Part shown: piece by piece, positions 47,707 through 57,524 of the stretch
Layout of the letters: every line of letters begins with the position of its first letter
Position numbering within the stretch: position 1 is the stretch's first letter
Origin: Nitrosopumilus sp.
GTDB lineage: Archaea; Thermoproteota; Nitrososphaeria; Nitrososphaerales; Nitrosopumilaceae
DNA length: 64,000 nucleotides
Assembly (NCBI GenBank): GCA_016125975.1
Contig: JAEFCZ010000006.1
Location: forward strand, 4,628 to 68,627
Reading direction: 5' to 3'
Made by a program: the position numbers and the translations under genes
Notes under the pieces: generated by a model
Told to the model about the DNA's origin: nothing
Seen by the model: the letters and a program-made list of their open reading frames with translations, nothing else
The model's database searches: none

Positions 47707-49233
47707 ATGGCTAATGTCTTAAAGACAATTAGAACTGGTGATGATTATATTGAAAGCCTTAGAGGTAGAGATCTCAAAATTTACCTTTTTGGAGAATTAG
47801 TAGAAAATTATGTTGATCATCCAATTATTAGACCTTCAATTAATGCAGTTGCAGAAACTTATGATCTTGCAGTACGTGAAGAAGCATTAGCTTCTGCTGA
47901 TTCCTCACTTACCGGACTCAAAGTAAATCGATTTTTACACATAGCAGAAAGTGCTGAAGATTTAGTTTTACAAAATAAAATGCAAAGAAAACTCGGTCAA
48001 AACACTGGTACATGTTTCCAAAGATGTGTTGGAATGGATGCACTGAACTCTTTACATTCTACAACTTTTGAAATTGATGAAAAACATGGAACTGATTACC
48101 ATAAAAGATTCTTAGAATTTGTAAAGATGGTTCAAAAAGAAAATCTTGTAATTGGTGGCGCTATGACTGATCCTAAAGGGGATAGAAGTAAAGGACCTTC
48201 AGAACAAGAAGATCCTGATTTATTTACAAGAATTGTTGATACTGATGAAAAAGGAGTTTATGTTTCTGGTGCTAAAGCACATCAAACTGGTTGCATAAAT
48301 TCTCACTGGATAATTTTAATGCCAACTATTAGATTAATGGAATCTGATAAAGATTGGGCAATTGTAGGTGCAATTCCTGCAGATGCAAAGGGAGTTACTT
48401 ACATTTACGGTAGACAATCTTGTGATACTCGAAGTATGGAAGAAGGTGATATTGATGATGGTAACGCAAAATTTGGTGGACAAGAAGCACTAATTATTCT
48501 AGATAGAGTGTTTATTCCATGGGATAAGGTCTTCATGCATGGAGAATATGAGTTTGCATCAATGCTTGTAGAACGTTTCACATGTTATCATAGAAGAAGT
48601 TACGTTTGCAAAACAGGCCTAGGTGATGTTCTAATTGGTGCTGCAGCAACAATTGCAGATTATAATGGTGTACCTAAAGTTTCTCACATTAAAGATAAAA
48701 TTATTGAGATGACTCATCTCAACGAAACAATATTTGCAGCTGGAATCGCATCTTCTCATCAGGGACATAGAATGAAATCAGGTGTTTTTCTTAATGATGA
48801 TATGCTTGCACAAGTTTGTAAACATAATGTTACTCGATTCCCATATGAGATTAGTAGACTAGCACAAGACATTGCAGGTGGATTGGTAGTTACACTTCCA
48901 TCTGAAAAAGACTTTAGACATCCAGAAGCAGGTCCACTACTAAAAAAATATCTTGCTGGAAGAAAAGGTACTGATGTTGAAAACAGAATGAGAATTCTCC
49001 GATTAATTGAAAATATGACTTTGGGTAGAAATGCTGTTGGTTATCTTACTGAATCAATGCATGGTGCAGGTTCTCCACAAGCTCAAAGAATACAAATTCA
49101 AAGACAGATGCAAGTAGGCTACAAAAAGAATTTGGCAAAAAATCTAGCAGGAATTAAAAATGATATTGAAGAACCTAAAGAATCTTCAGAATATTTTAAA
49201 CGAGTTTTTAAAACAAAAGATTCTGTTCTATAA
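47707..49233 (+). CDS. abfD: 4-hydroxybutyryl-CoA dehydratase
   Basis: GTCFQRCVG, AMTDPKGDRS, YHRRSYVCK and HGAGSPQAQ motifs. Confidence 0.95.
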   Translation: MANVLKTIRTGDDYIESLRGRDLKIYLFGELVENYVDHPIIRPSINAVAETYDLAVREEALASADSSLTGLKVNRFLHIAESAEDLVLQNKMQRKLGQNTGTCFQRCVGMDALNSLHSTTFEIDEKHGTDYHKRFLEFVKMVQKENLVIGGAMTDPKGDRSKGPSEQEDPDLFTRIVDTDEKGVYVSGAKAHQTGCINSHWIILMPTIRLMESDKDWAIVGAIPADAKGVTYIYGRQSCDTRSMEEGDIDDGNAKFGGQEALIILDRVFIPWDKVFMHGEYEFASMLVERFTCYHRRSYVCKTGLGDVLIGAAATIADYNGVPKVSHIKDKIIEMTHLNETIFAAGIASSHQGHRMKSGVFLNDDMLAQVCKHNVTRFPYEISRLAQDIAGGLVVTLPSEKDFRHPEAGPLLKKYLAGRKGTDVENRMRILRLIENMTLGRNAVGYLTESMHGAGSPQAQRIQIQRQMQVGYKKNLAKNLAGIKNDIEEPKESSEYFKRVFKTKDSVL

Positions 49234-49330
49234 AATTTAATTTTTGTGTAACATTATGTTCTGACACATTTTTGTTTTGAACTTTTTCCAAGATCATGTA
49301 TATTAACTGCAATTTCTTAAGGTATGAACA

Positions 49331-50275
49331 ATGACATATACGAAAAAAATATTTCGTAAAGCAACTATCTTTCCAGTTCTATTAGCAATAGGATTCATGT
49401 TTACAACACCAATGCTTTTGGATGTTGCAGCAGCTCCTGGCGGTAATGGAAATAGTGGAAATGGTGGAAATGATTTGCCTCCAGTTCCTGACACTGCACT
49501 ACTTCCTGATATCTCACCTGGAGTTCCAAAACATCTCAACATTCACAATCAACAACAAAATGAATTTTTGAGATTCACAAATGTTTGGGGAAATGTAGGT
49601 GTTGGAGATTTAGAATTTGAACCAGATTTTCTAGGTGGTGATCCAGTTGAAGGTGAAATTACTAGAGCATTCCAAAATCTATATGATGATGATGGTGTGT
49701 TTAGACAACCTGAACAAACTGTATGGCGTGAAATTGTAAGTGAATTTGAATTCCATGCAATTCATAATCATTGGCACATTGCAGAAATTGGTGAATTCTC
49801 AGTAAGACACGTTGCTACTGACGAAAATGGAAATGATGTTCCTGGTGATATTGCAGTTCTACCTGGTGGAGAACACGCAACTTCAGTAAAGGTAGGATTT
49901 TGTATTTCTGATGTTTATCAGATTGATGGTGAAAGCCCTGCAACTTCATTGAAGCATTATTGGGAATGTGAAGTCGGATTTCAAGGAATTCAAACTGGTT
50001 GGATTGATCAATATCATCAATCAGTTGAAGGAAATGAAATTAACATCACAGGTCTACCTTCTGGAACATATTTCTTGACACACACATAGAATCCTTCATC
50101 ATTATTTGTAGATGAAGATGATACAAATGATTCATCTTGGATAAAATTTGATCTATCAGATGAAAACCCTGGAAATGGAAACAGAAAGATTACAGAGTTA
50201 GATGCATTTGCTCCTGAATGTAATCCTGATGGTTCTACACCTGGTATGTGTGGAGAATTAGGAAAGAACGCCTAA
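49331..50275 (+). pseudogene. lysyl oxidase family protein interrupted by in-frame TAG at 50087-50089
   Basis: Signal peptide; HAIHNHWH Cu motif, KVGFCISD and GWIDQY (LTQ Lys/Tyr); the frame continues 61 codons past TAG to TAA at 50275. Confidence 0.8.
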
Positions 50276-50390
50276 TCTTTTTTCTTTTTTTCTAAAAATC
50301 AAAAATAACTAATTAAGTGATCCTACTCTTTTGAAACTTAACAATACTTAGGATCCTTTTTTAGTAATTTTCACGTAGTTATACTACCAA

Positions 50391-50440
50391 GCAAACAGGA
50401 CGATCTAATGCTATTTTTGGCATCATGTGAACCTGTTTGC
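50391..50440. other. intergenic hairpin GCAAACAGG/CCTGTTTGC with inner ATGC/GCAT stem
   Basis: 9-bp perfect stem between convergent genes. Confidence 0.4.
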
Positions 50441-50455
50441 CTGAAATTCTACAGT

Positions 50456-51157
50456 TTATTCTTTCCTTTCTTTTTCAGATTTTTCATTAGATTCTACAGG
50501 CTCATCTGATTTAGTTTCAGATGATTCTTCCACATTATCTAATTCCGTAGGCTCTGAATATTCATTATCTTCTTCAATTTTATCGATGTCTGATAATTCT
50601 TCAATTGTATTGGGATTTTCTGAATCTAATGGGTCTGTAAATGATAATTCTTTTTCTTTTTTCCTTTTTGTGAACTGTTTTACAATCATGATTCCAATCA
50701 CAATTGCAATTATGACATAGTTAATGGGTGGTTTTAGTAACTGAGTGATATATCCTACTTGTGGAAGTGTGTATGCTACTTTTCCAATGTATTCTTCTTC
50801 AGTAATTGGAAAGTCCGTTCCAGGCATTGAAGCTGGATTTGCATCTCCTTTTGTTCTAATTGTTCTAGGATCTTCATCTAAGATAGACGCAACTCTATGT
50901 ACGATTACTTTGTTATGATCAGACGGACGATCAAATACAATAATATCACCTACTACAAGTTCATCAAACGGTTCATGTCCTGAAACAATCAAAACATCAT
51001 AAACTTCTAAAACAGGAATCATACTTCCACTTGCAACCACATAAAATGGATTTTGTGTCCCAAATGCAACTTGTAAGCCAATCCAAATTACCAAAACACC
51101 TACTGCAACAATAACAATATCTTTGATAACTCCTTTTGAAACAGATTTTTTGCCCAA
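50456..51157 (-). CDS. signal peptidase I (Sec11-like)
   Basis: VVASGSM.P, GDII, IVHRV and TKGDAN motifs. Confidence 0.92.
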   Translation of the reverse strand: MGKKSVSKGVIKDIVIVAVGVLVIWIGLQVAFGTQNPFYVVASGSMIPVLEVYDVLIVSGHEPFDELVVGDIIVFDRPSDHNKVIVHRVASILDEDPRTIRTKGDANPASMPGTDFPITEEEYIGKVAYTLPQVGYITQLLKPPINYVIIAIVIGIMIVKQFTKRKKEKELSFTDPLDSENPNTIEELSDIDKIEEDNEYSEPTELDNVEESSETKSDEPVESNEKSEKERKE

Positions 51158-51196
51158 TTACATATCACCTATCGTGTCATTGATTAAATTTACTAG

Positions 51197-51952
51197 CTAT
51201 TGAAGTGCTGTTCCACATTCTTCACAGAATTTTGAACCTTCTTTATTTGTGAATTCACAGTTTGAGCATTTTCCTGGTGTGACACTCTCTTCTGGATTTC
51301 CTAGTAAGATGATTTCACCTACTTTTTTGATATTTTTCCATGGGATACTGCCTTCTGTTCCATCATTTTGAGTAATTACTAGAACCATTGATTGTGTTGA
51401 ATCTACTCCAACTTGCTTTGCAATTCCAATTTTGTTGGCATTTTCGTCATATACTGCTCTACCTTCAATTGAGCTTACTGATGTTGCAGGACCTGGTTGG
51501 GTAGTTGTTTCTTTTGTGGATTGTGTCTCATGTTCTTCAATTGGCTGTGGAATGTTTTCTGCTACTTGTTGTGGTGGTTCAACTTGCGGTGCTGCCTCTA
51601 TTGGTTTTGCATTTCCAACATCTCCTGCTTCATCTTGTTTCTTAAATTCTCTATATTCTGCAATTGATGATTCACATGTGTTGCAGATGTATTGTCCTCT
51701 TTCTGCAAGAATTAAATTTTCTGCAACTTCTTCATTTGGATTCTCAAATTCAATTTTTGGTGCTCCCTCAAATTCTTTTTCACAAGTATTGCAAAAATGT
51801 TTAGAAATTTTATCAGCATCTAATCTACCAATTGGTGCTAAAAACAGATCTGGACCACCAAGATTCCCTTTCATTTGTTGTTCATCTGTTACGCGGGCCA
51901 TTACATAACCGCCAGAACCTCTTAATTTTTTTATTCTAAGCTCTGAACTCAT
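51197..51952 (-). CDS. hypothetical protein with zinc ribbons and PRC-barrel-like domain
   Basis: CNTC...CNTC; G.AVYDENANKIG...IPW..IKKVGEIIL; CSNC...FCEECG. Confidence 0.75.
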   Translation of the reverse strand: MSSELRIKKLRGSGGYVMARVTDEQQMKGNLGGPDLFLAPIGRLDADKISKHFCNTCEKEFEGAPKIEFENPNEEVAENLILAERGQYICNTCESSIAEYREFKKQDEAGDVGNAKPIEAAPQVEPPQQVAENIPQPIEEHETQSTKETTTQPGPATSVSSIEGRAVYDENANKIGIAKQVGVDSTQSMVLVITQNDGTEGSIPWKNIKKVGEIILLGNPEESVTPGKCSNCEFTNKEGSKFCEECGTALQ

Positions 51953-52067
51953 AACTGGGCTTTATCAAAACGTCATTTAAGTATATATCAGAATTAATTT
52001 TCCACCCAAAAAATATGGTGTAATTCTGGTGAACGTTTTTAGGCATGAATAATAAATTATCAATACA

Positions 52068-52394
52068 ATGGGAATAACACAAATTTCTGATGCAAAGTCT
52101 TGGGAAGTCGATGTGATAAACTCTGACATTCCTGTATTTGTAGACTTTTGGGCCGAATGGTGTGGTCCATGTAGAATGGTAGGTCCAGTAGTTGAAGAAC
52201 TGGCAAGTGACTATGATGGCAAAGTAAAATTTGTCAAGGTTAACGTTGATGAGGCTAATGAATTAGCATCAAAATACAATGTCTTTAGTATTCCAACCTT
52301 AATTCTCCTTAACAAAGGTGAAATAGTTAGCCAGCAAGTAGGTGCTGCTTCTAAAGAATCATACAAAAATATGATTGATAGAGCACTAGCATAA
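52068..52394 (+). CDS. trxA: thioredoxin
   Basis: WAEWCGPC active site. Confidence 0.96.
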   Translation: MGITQISDAKSWEVDVINSDIPVFVDFWAEWCGPCRMVGPVVEELASDYDGKVKFVKVNVDEANELASKYNVFSIPTLILLNKGEIVSQQVGAASKESYKNMIDRALA

Positions 52395-52527
52395 ATCTCA
52401 AAAAATTTGTTTTTCTTATTTTTTCATACTGATTCTATAATTTTCGAAAAACTATCAATCTCTGTTATTTGTTAATTTAAGAAAAATTTGATAAATGAAT
52501 AAAAACACAACCTCAAGAGTAGTTTAG

Positions 52528-52599
52528 GGGCCGGTGGTTTAGGGGTATAATGCCTCGTTCGCAACGAGGATGTCGAGGGTTCGATTCCCTCCCGGTCCA
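52528..52599 (+). tRNA. tRNA-Ala(CGC)
   Basis: G3:U70 identity pair; anticodon arm CCTCG-TTCGCAA-CGAGG. Confidence 0.96.
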
Positions 52600-52642
52600 C
52601 CTTTCCAGAAACTATTATACATAAACGCTGGATATTATCTTC

Positions 52643-53002
52643 ATGGAAGTATTTGATGGCAAAAAAGCAGCACAAGAATACATGTCAAAACATACTTTGG
52701 CATTTTCAACTCCAGAGTTAACTCTAATGAGGTTTGCATTTTGGTTAGGAGATTCTGTTCCAGATCCAAACAATGATGGAAAGGGTATGCCAAGAATGAT
52801 GACCTTTTTAACAGAACAAGATTTTGAACCTGTTTTGATTGATGATGACAAATACGAACCATCTGGAGCAGTTAAGAGTTCTGGATTAATGGGAAATGCT
52901 TACACTGAACAAAAAACTGATGGCAAGTTTTGTTCAGAATGTGGTACCAGTCTTTCAGCAACAGCAAAGTTTTGTCCTGAATGTGGGACAACTCAAGAAT
53001 AA
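52643..53002 (+). CDS. hypothetical protein with C-terminal zinc ribbon
   Basis: FCSECG...FCPECG. Confidence 0.75.
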   Translation: MEVFDGKKAAQEYMSKHTLAFSTPELTLMRFAFWLGDSVPDPNNDGKGMPRMMTFLTEQDFEPVLIDDDKYEPSGAVKSSGLMGNAYTEQKTDGKFCSECGTSLSATAKFCPECGTTQE

Positions 53003-53023
53003 AATAATTTTTAATTTCTATTT

Positions 53024-53572
53024 TTATGCTTTAGCTCCGCACTTTGTGCAGAATTTAGCGTTTGGTCTTAACTCTGCACCACATGATGAACATCCGTTCC
53101 CATTATTTTGCGGTGCGGTTTGTCTTGGCATTAATGATGGATCTGGTGATGGCAATGTTCCAACATCATTGAATGCTTCTTGTGCAGATACAATTCTTGG
53201 TGGACCTCCACCAACTGGATTTTGTGCAGTTCCTGTTCTTGGTGGGGCACCGCCTGGCATTCCTCCTGCCATCATTCCTGGCTGTCCCATTCCTGGCATC
53301 AAACCAGGTGATTGTGTACCTCCAGAACTTGACCCAATTGATTTTTTTAATTCAAAAATTACTTTGATTGCTAAAAATTCTAATGCAGAATATGCTACTG
53401 TATAATCTCCTAGTTTTTGGAAGAATTCTTTGTCACTGATTTGGCCTTTTTTGTACATGTTATTTGTATCTAGGAATGATTCATAGTATCCTTGAGATTC
53501 ATCAAACAAACTTTGTAGTTTGTCAAATAACATGTTTAATGTATCAACTTCACCAAATGACATATTCTGCAT
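53024..53572 (-). CDS. hypothetical protein with Pro/Gly-rich linker and C-terminal zinc ribbon
   Basis: Helical N-terminus, PGM-rich linker, CSSC...FCTKCG. Confidence 0.75.
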   Translation of the reverse strand: MQNMSFGEVDTLNMLFDKLQSLFDESQGYYESFLDTNNMYKKGQISDKEFFQKLGDYTVAYSALEFLAIKVIFELKKSIGSSSGGTQSPGLMPGMGQPGMMAGGMPGGAPPRTGTAQNPVGGGPPRIVSAQEAFNDVGTLPSPDPSLMPRQTAPQNNGNGCSSCGAELRPNAKFCTKCGAKA

Positions 53573-53884
53573 CGAATTTTGGAATATTAATTACTTTAGG
53601 ATCTAAACTTGGCTAAAAATTGATTTCTCCAGAGAAAAAAACAGTCTCCTTTGCTATGGAGACTCTGTAATGTATTAACTAGTTTATGTGAGCTTTTGGG
53701 CCCCAGCTAACACCGCGAGATGTCTCTGACTCAATGAATACCATACTATCATGTCTTTGTTAAAAAATCAGAGTCAAAAAGAATCACTTTTTACTAAATC
53801 TTTTTTGGTAATTTCTTAATATTCTACTTTGTATTCTACAGATTAATCATAAACAATATTTGTTCTGCTATTCAATGCAACTCA

Positions 53885-54163
53885 GTGATCAAAAGTATAG
53901 TGATAACCATATCTTGTGTTATTTCAGTATCTGCCATGGTGATATTCTTTATTCCATTAGTAGATGAATTTGAAACATTCAATTGTATTACTACGCCTTG
54001 TGAAATGCCAAAAATCACTATTTTTGAATCATTTCAAAAACAATATTTTGTAATTGATAGTTTTGAAGAATGTGCTTCTGCAGGAAATCCTGTAATGGAG
54101 TCTCATCCACGGCAATGTAGAACTGTTGATGGTAAACATTTTGTTGAGAAAATAAATTCTTAA
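53885..54163 (+). CDS. small exported Cys-containing protein
   Basis: TM helix; CITTPC and SFEEC..AGNPVMES.PRQC motifs. Confidence 0.7.
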   Translation: MIKSIVITISCVISVSAMVIFFIPLVDEFETFNCITTPCEMPKITIFESFQKQYFVIDSFEECASAGNPVMESHPRQCRTVDGKHFVEKINS

Positions 54164-54166
54164 TGA

Positions 54167-54430
54167 TTATGTCATAACAGTAACTTCTTTTTCTGACATT
54201 CCACCATAACCTGGATCGATCTTTTGTTTTGGATTAAGTGAGGTGTCGTGATGACATGGTTTGTTACAAACTGGACAAAATTTTCTGTCCATAACTATGC
54301 ATTGACAGATATGATTTTTCACATAAGCTTGTGCAGCTTGATTCCATTCTCCTGTACCGTTACAATATACACATACATTTGAACCGCTAGAACCTACTCC
54401 TTTACAAAAATCACATACATCTTCTGTCAT
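54167..54430 (-). CDS. small Cys-rich protein with DnaJ-type CxxCxGxG repeats
   Basis: CDFCKGVG and CVYCNGTG, then HICQC...CPVC..PCHH. Confidence 0.7.
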   Translation of the reverse strand: MTEDVCDFCKGVGSSGSNVCVYCNGTGEWNQAAQAYVKNHICQCIVMDRKFCPVCNKPCHHDTSLNPKQKIDPGYGGMSEKEVTVMT

Positions 54431-54524
54431 ATCTATTATTGTGGTAGGTTTGTTTTTGAATCAATATATTTGAAAAGATTGACTATCTCAACGCATAATA
54501 GACTGCAGGCAATAAAATTTTCAG

Positions 54525-55916
54525 ATGACGTATGATACTGTAATTGTTGATTCACACGTTATACTACCGCAAGGACTGGTAGATAAAAACATCATAATTG
54601 ATGAGGGAAAAGTAGTTGGTCTTACAAATGATCTTCCTTCATGTGATGTAAAAATTAATGGAAATGGATTGATTTCTGTTCCTGGCCCAATTGATACTCA
54701 CGTTCACTATGGTGTTTATTCTCCAATAAACGAGGCAGCAAAAACTGAATCTCATGCTGCTGCAATTGGTGGTGTGACAACTATGATGAGAATGTTGAGA
54801 TTAGGAGATCCATTTTCTAGTTCCCTACAAGCTCAGTTAGATGCAGCATCTCAAAATCATTATGTTGATTATGCAATACATGCATCCATCTTTACTCCCC
54901 AACAAATTAACGAAATGAATCTTTGTGTAGACAAAGGAATCACCTCATTTAAAATTTACATGAATCTTGGAGGTGAAATTGGTCATGTTTACATGGATAT
55001 GCCACCTAATTCTTCTCAACTTGTTGCAGCCAATGTTGATGTAAATGATGAAATTGTTGAACAGACAGTAAAGACTGCAGCTTCACTTGGTTGTCCTGTT
55101 TTAGTTCATGCAGAAGATTATGAATCCTGTGGATGTGGAATACAAACTGCAAGAGAGAAAAAACAAGATGGATTATCTGCATGGTCTGAAAGTCGTTCTC
55201 CTGAATTTGAAGCAAAAGCAATCAAAACAGTATCAAAATTTGGACGTGATTATGATTGTGTTGTCTATTTTGTTCATATTGGTTCTGAACGAGCTCTTAA
55301 ACAAATTCAAGAAGAAAGAAAACTTGGAACAAAAATTTTCGTTGAGACATGTCCTCATTACTTGACGTTATCTTATGAAAAACAAAATGGATATCTTGCT
55401 AAAGTGATGCCTCCAATTAGAACTGAAAATGATCAAAAGGCAATATGGAATGCACTTTCTACTAATCAAATTGATACTATAGGCACAGATCATGTTGCAA
55501 ATCAACTCAAACTCAAATTGGATGGTGATGATGTTTGGTCTGCATTGGCAGGATTTCCAGGAATTGGAACTGTACTTCCAATATTGCTTAATGATGGAGT
55601 AAATCAAAATAGGATTACCTTGGAACAATTTGTTCGATTTACAAGCCAAAACGCAGCCCAAATTTTTGGAATGTTCCCTCAAAAAGGCACTCTTGAAAAA
55701 AATTCTGATGCCGACGTTACTATGATTGATTTGAAAAAAGAAAAGAAGGTCACATCTGAACTGTTTGGTGGATTTTCAGATTATATCGTTTATGAGGGTA
55801 GAAATCTAAAAGGATGGCCTGTTAAAACAATTGTAAGAGGGGAATTAGTAGCTGAAGACTTTGAAATAATTGGAAAACTTGGGCATGGTAAACTTGTTCC
55901 AAGAAAAATAAACTAA
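54525..55916 (+). CDS. pyrC: cyclic amidohydrolase (dihydroorotase/allantoinase family)
   Basis: DTHVH, SFKIYM, HAED, ETCPHYL and GTDH motifs. Confidence 0.78.
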   Translation: MTYDTVIVDSHVILPQGLVDKNIIIDEGKVVGLTNDLPSCDVKINGNGLISVPGPIDTHVHYGVYSPINEAAKTESHAAAIGGVTTMMRMLRLGDPFSSSLQAQLDAASQNHYVDYAIHASIFTPQQINEMNLCVDKGITSFKIYMNLGGEIGHVYMDMPPNSSQLVAANVDVNDEIVEQTVKTAASLGCPVLVHAEDYESCGCGIQTAREKKQDGLSAWSESRSPEFEAKAIKTVSKFGRDYDCVVYFVHIGSERALKQIQEERKLGTKIFVETCPHYLTLSYEKQNGYLAKVMPPIRTENDQKAIWNALSTNQIDTIGTDHVANQLKLKLDGDDVWSALAGFPGIGTVLPILLNDGVNQNRITLEQFVRFTSQNAAQIFGMFPQKGTLEKNSDADVTMIDLKKEKKVTSELFGGFSDYIVYEGRNLKGWPVKTIVRGELVAEDFEIIGKLGHGKLVPRKIN

Positions 55917-55948
55917 TTGTTTTAACTGTAAAAAATACATTATATTTA

Positions 55949-56611
55949 TTGAAAAAACAAATTGAAAAAAAATATCAGACACAATTAGATAATTTAATAA
56001 CTCTTCTAAAAAATACAAAATTTCTTACCAATGAAAACGTAGAGTCTGCTATTAGAAATGTCCAAAGACATGATTTTGTTCTTATGTCTGATGTGGATAA
56101 AGCATATTACAATGAACCTCTTGCAATTATGAAAAACCAAACGATATCACAACCCGCAGTTGTTTCTAGAATGACTGAGTGGTTAGATGTTAAAAAAGGA
56201 CAAAAAATTCTTGAAGTTGGTACTGGTTCTGGTTGGCAAACTGCAATTCTTTCTTATCTTGTTGGTGATGGAACTATTTTTTCTGTTGAATTACATCCTG
56301 AATTAGTTGAGTTTGCACAAAACAATCTAAAAAAATTAGATATTAACAATGTTAATGTAATTTTAAATGATGGTAGTTTGGGTTATCCTGATGCAGCACC
56401 ATACGATCGAATAATTATAACTGCCGCATGTTCAAAAATTCCATCATTATTGTTTGACCAGCTAAATCAAAATGGATTGTTAATTGCACCTGTTGGTAAT
56501 TCCTCTCAATCTCTTGTACTATTGAAAAAAACATCTCAAGGAATTATTGAAATTAAGAATGAATCTAACTATGTTTTTGTTCCACTACTTGGAAAATTTG
56601 GTAAACGATAA
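55949..56611 (+). CDS. pcm: protein-L-isoaspartate O-methyltransferase
   Basis: QTISQP, LEVGTGSG, APYDRII and FVPL motifs. Confidence 0.93.
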   Translation: MKKQIEKKYQTQLDNLITLLKNTKFLTNENVESAIRNVQRHDFVLMSDVDKAYYNEPLAIMKNQTISQPAVVSRMTEWLDVKKGQKILEVGTGSGWQTAILSYLVGDGTIFSVELHPELVEFAQNNLKKLDINNVNVILNDGSLGYPDAAPYDRIIITAACSKIPSLLFDQLNQNGLLIAPVGNSSQSLVLLKKTSQGIIEIKNESNYVFVPLLGKFGKR

Positions 56612-56614
56612 TAA

Positions 56615-56812
56615 TTATTTCATAGTTCTAAGTTGCCTTTCGGTATCTCTTATGAAATCCTCATATTTCATAATCTGAGTAGTTATACGAAAAGCATTCA
56701 TCTGATCTTCATTATTTTTTGAGCCTAAGAATTGCTTTCTTAACTCCATTAGTCTTTGTTGCTCTTCTGTAGCCTTTAGAATGTCATTTTTGAGATCATT
56801 ACTTGTTGCCAC
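56615..56812 (-). CDS. small coiled-coil hypothetical protein
   Basis: Clean 65-aa ORF. Confidence 0.65.
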   Translation of the reverse strand: MATSNDLKNDILKATEEQQRLMELRKQFLGSKNNEDQMNAFRITTQIMKYEDFIRDTERQLRTMK

Positions 56813-56849
56813 ACATAATATACGTGATTTTTAGATTTAAGAATTTCAT

Positions 56850-57524
56850 CTATAAAATATCGAATTTGCCACCAGTTTTTGCTCTATAGATTACATCTGG
56901 TTTTCTAAGAAAAATACCTGACTCTAAAACACCTGTGGTTCCTTTGATTTTTTGTGTCAATGATTTTGGATTTTTTATTATACCGAAATCACAATCTAGT
57001 ATGATATTTCCATTTTCTGTAAAAAATGGATAACCTCTATCTAATGAACGTAATTGTGTTTTACCGCCCATTTTTTTAATAGAATTTGATACTGAATTTC
57101 TAGCAAGTGGATGCACTTCTACTGGAACAGTTCTTGTAAAGTTTTTAACAAATTTTGTCTTGTCTGCCATCACTACAACTTTTTTTGCAATACTAAACAA
57201 AATATTTTCTCTAAGCAAAGCTCCACCACCACCTTTGATTACAAATTTTTGAGAATCAATTTGATCTGCACCATCAAAGACAACATCAATGTGGTCTACT
57301 TGATCAGCTTCTGCTAATGGAATTCCGACTTTTTCTGCAGTAAGTTTGATTTGTAATGATGTTGGAACTCCTTTGATGTTGTATTTTTTTAATTTGATTA
57401 ATTTCCCAAGTGATTTTACAAGTGTAGTAGCTGCTCTGCCACTACCTAAACCAATTACATAATCATCTTTTACGAATTTTAATGCATTATTTGATAATGC
57501 CATAATGGCATCATCGTAAGACAA
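56850..57524 (-). CDS. rpiA: ribose-5-phosphate isomerase A
   Basis: GLGSG, DGADQ, KGGGGALLRE and TENGN motifs. Confidence 0.95.
   Translation of the reverse strand: MSYDDAIMALSNNALKFVKDDYVIGLGSGRAATTLVKSLGKLIKLKKYNIKGVPTSLQIKLTAEKVGIPLAEADQVDHIDVVFDGADQIDSQKFVIKGGGGALLRENILFSIAKKVVVMADKTKFVKNFTRTVPVEVHPLARNSVSNSIKKMGGKTQLRSLDRGYPFFTENGNIILDCDFGIIKNPKSLTQKIKGTTGVLESGIFLRKPDVIYRAKTGGKFDIL

Noticed and set aside
52896-53405. Long antisense/shadow ORFs (e.g. 51432-51908, 52896-53405, 45690-46103, 62150-62464)
   Set aside because: They lie opposite well-supported genes and show no motifs of their own.
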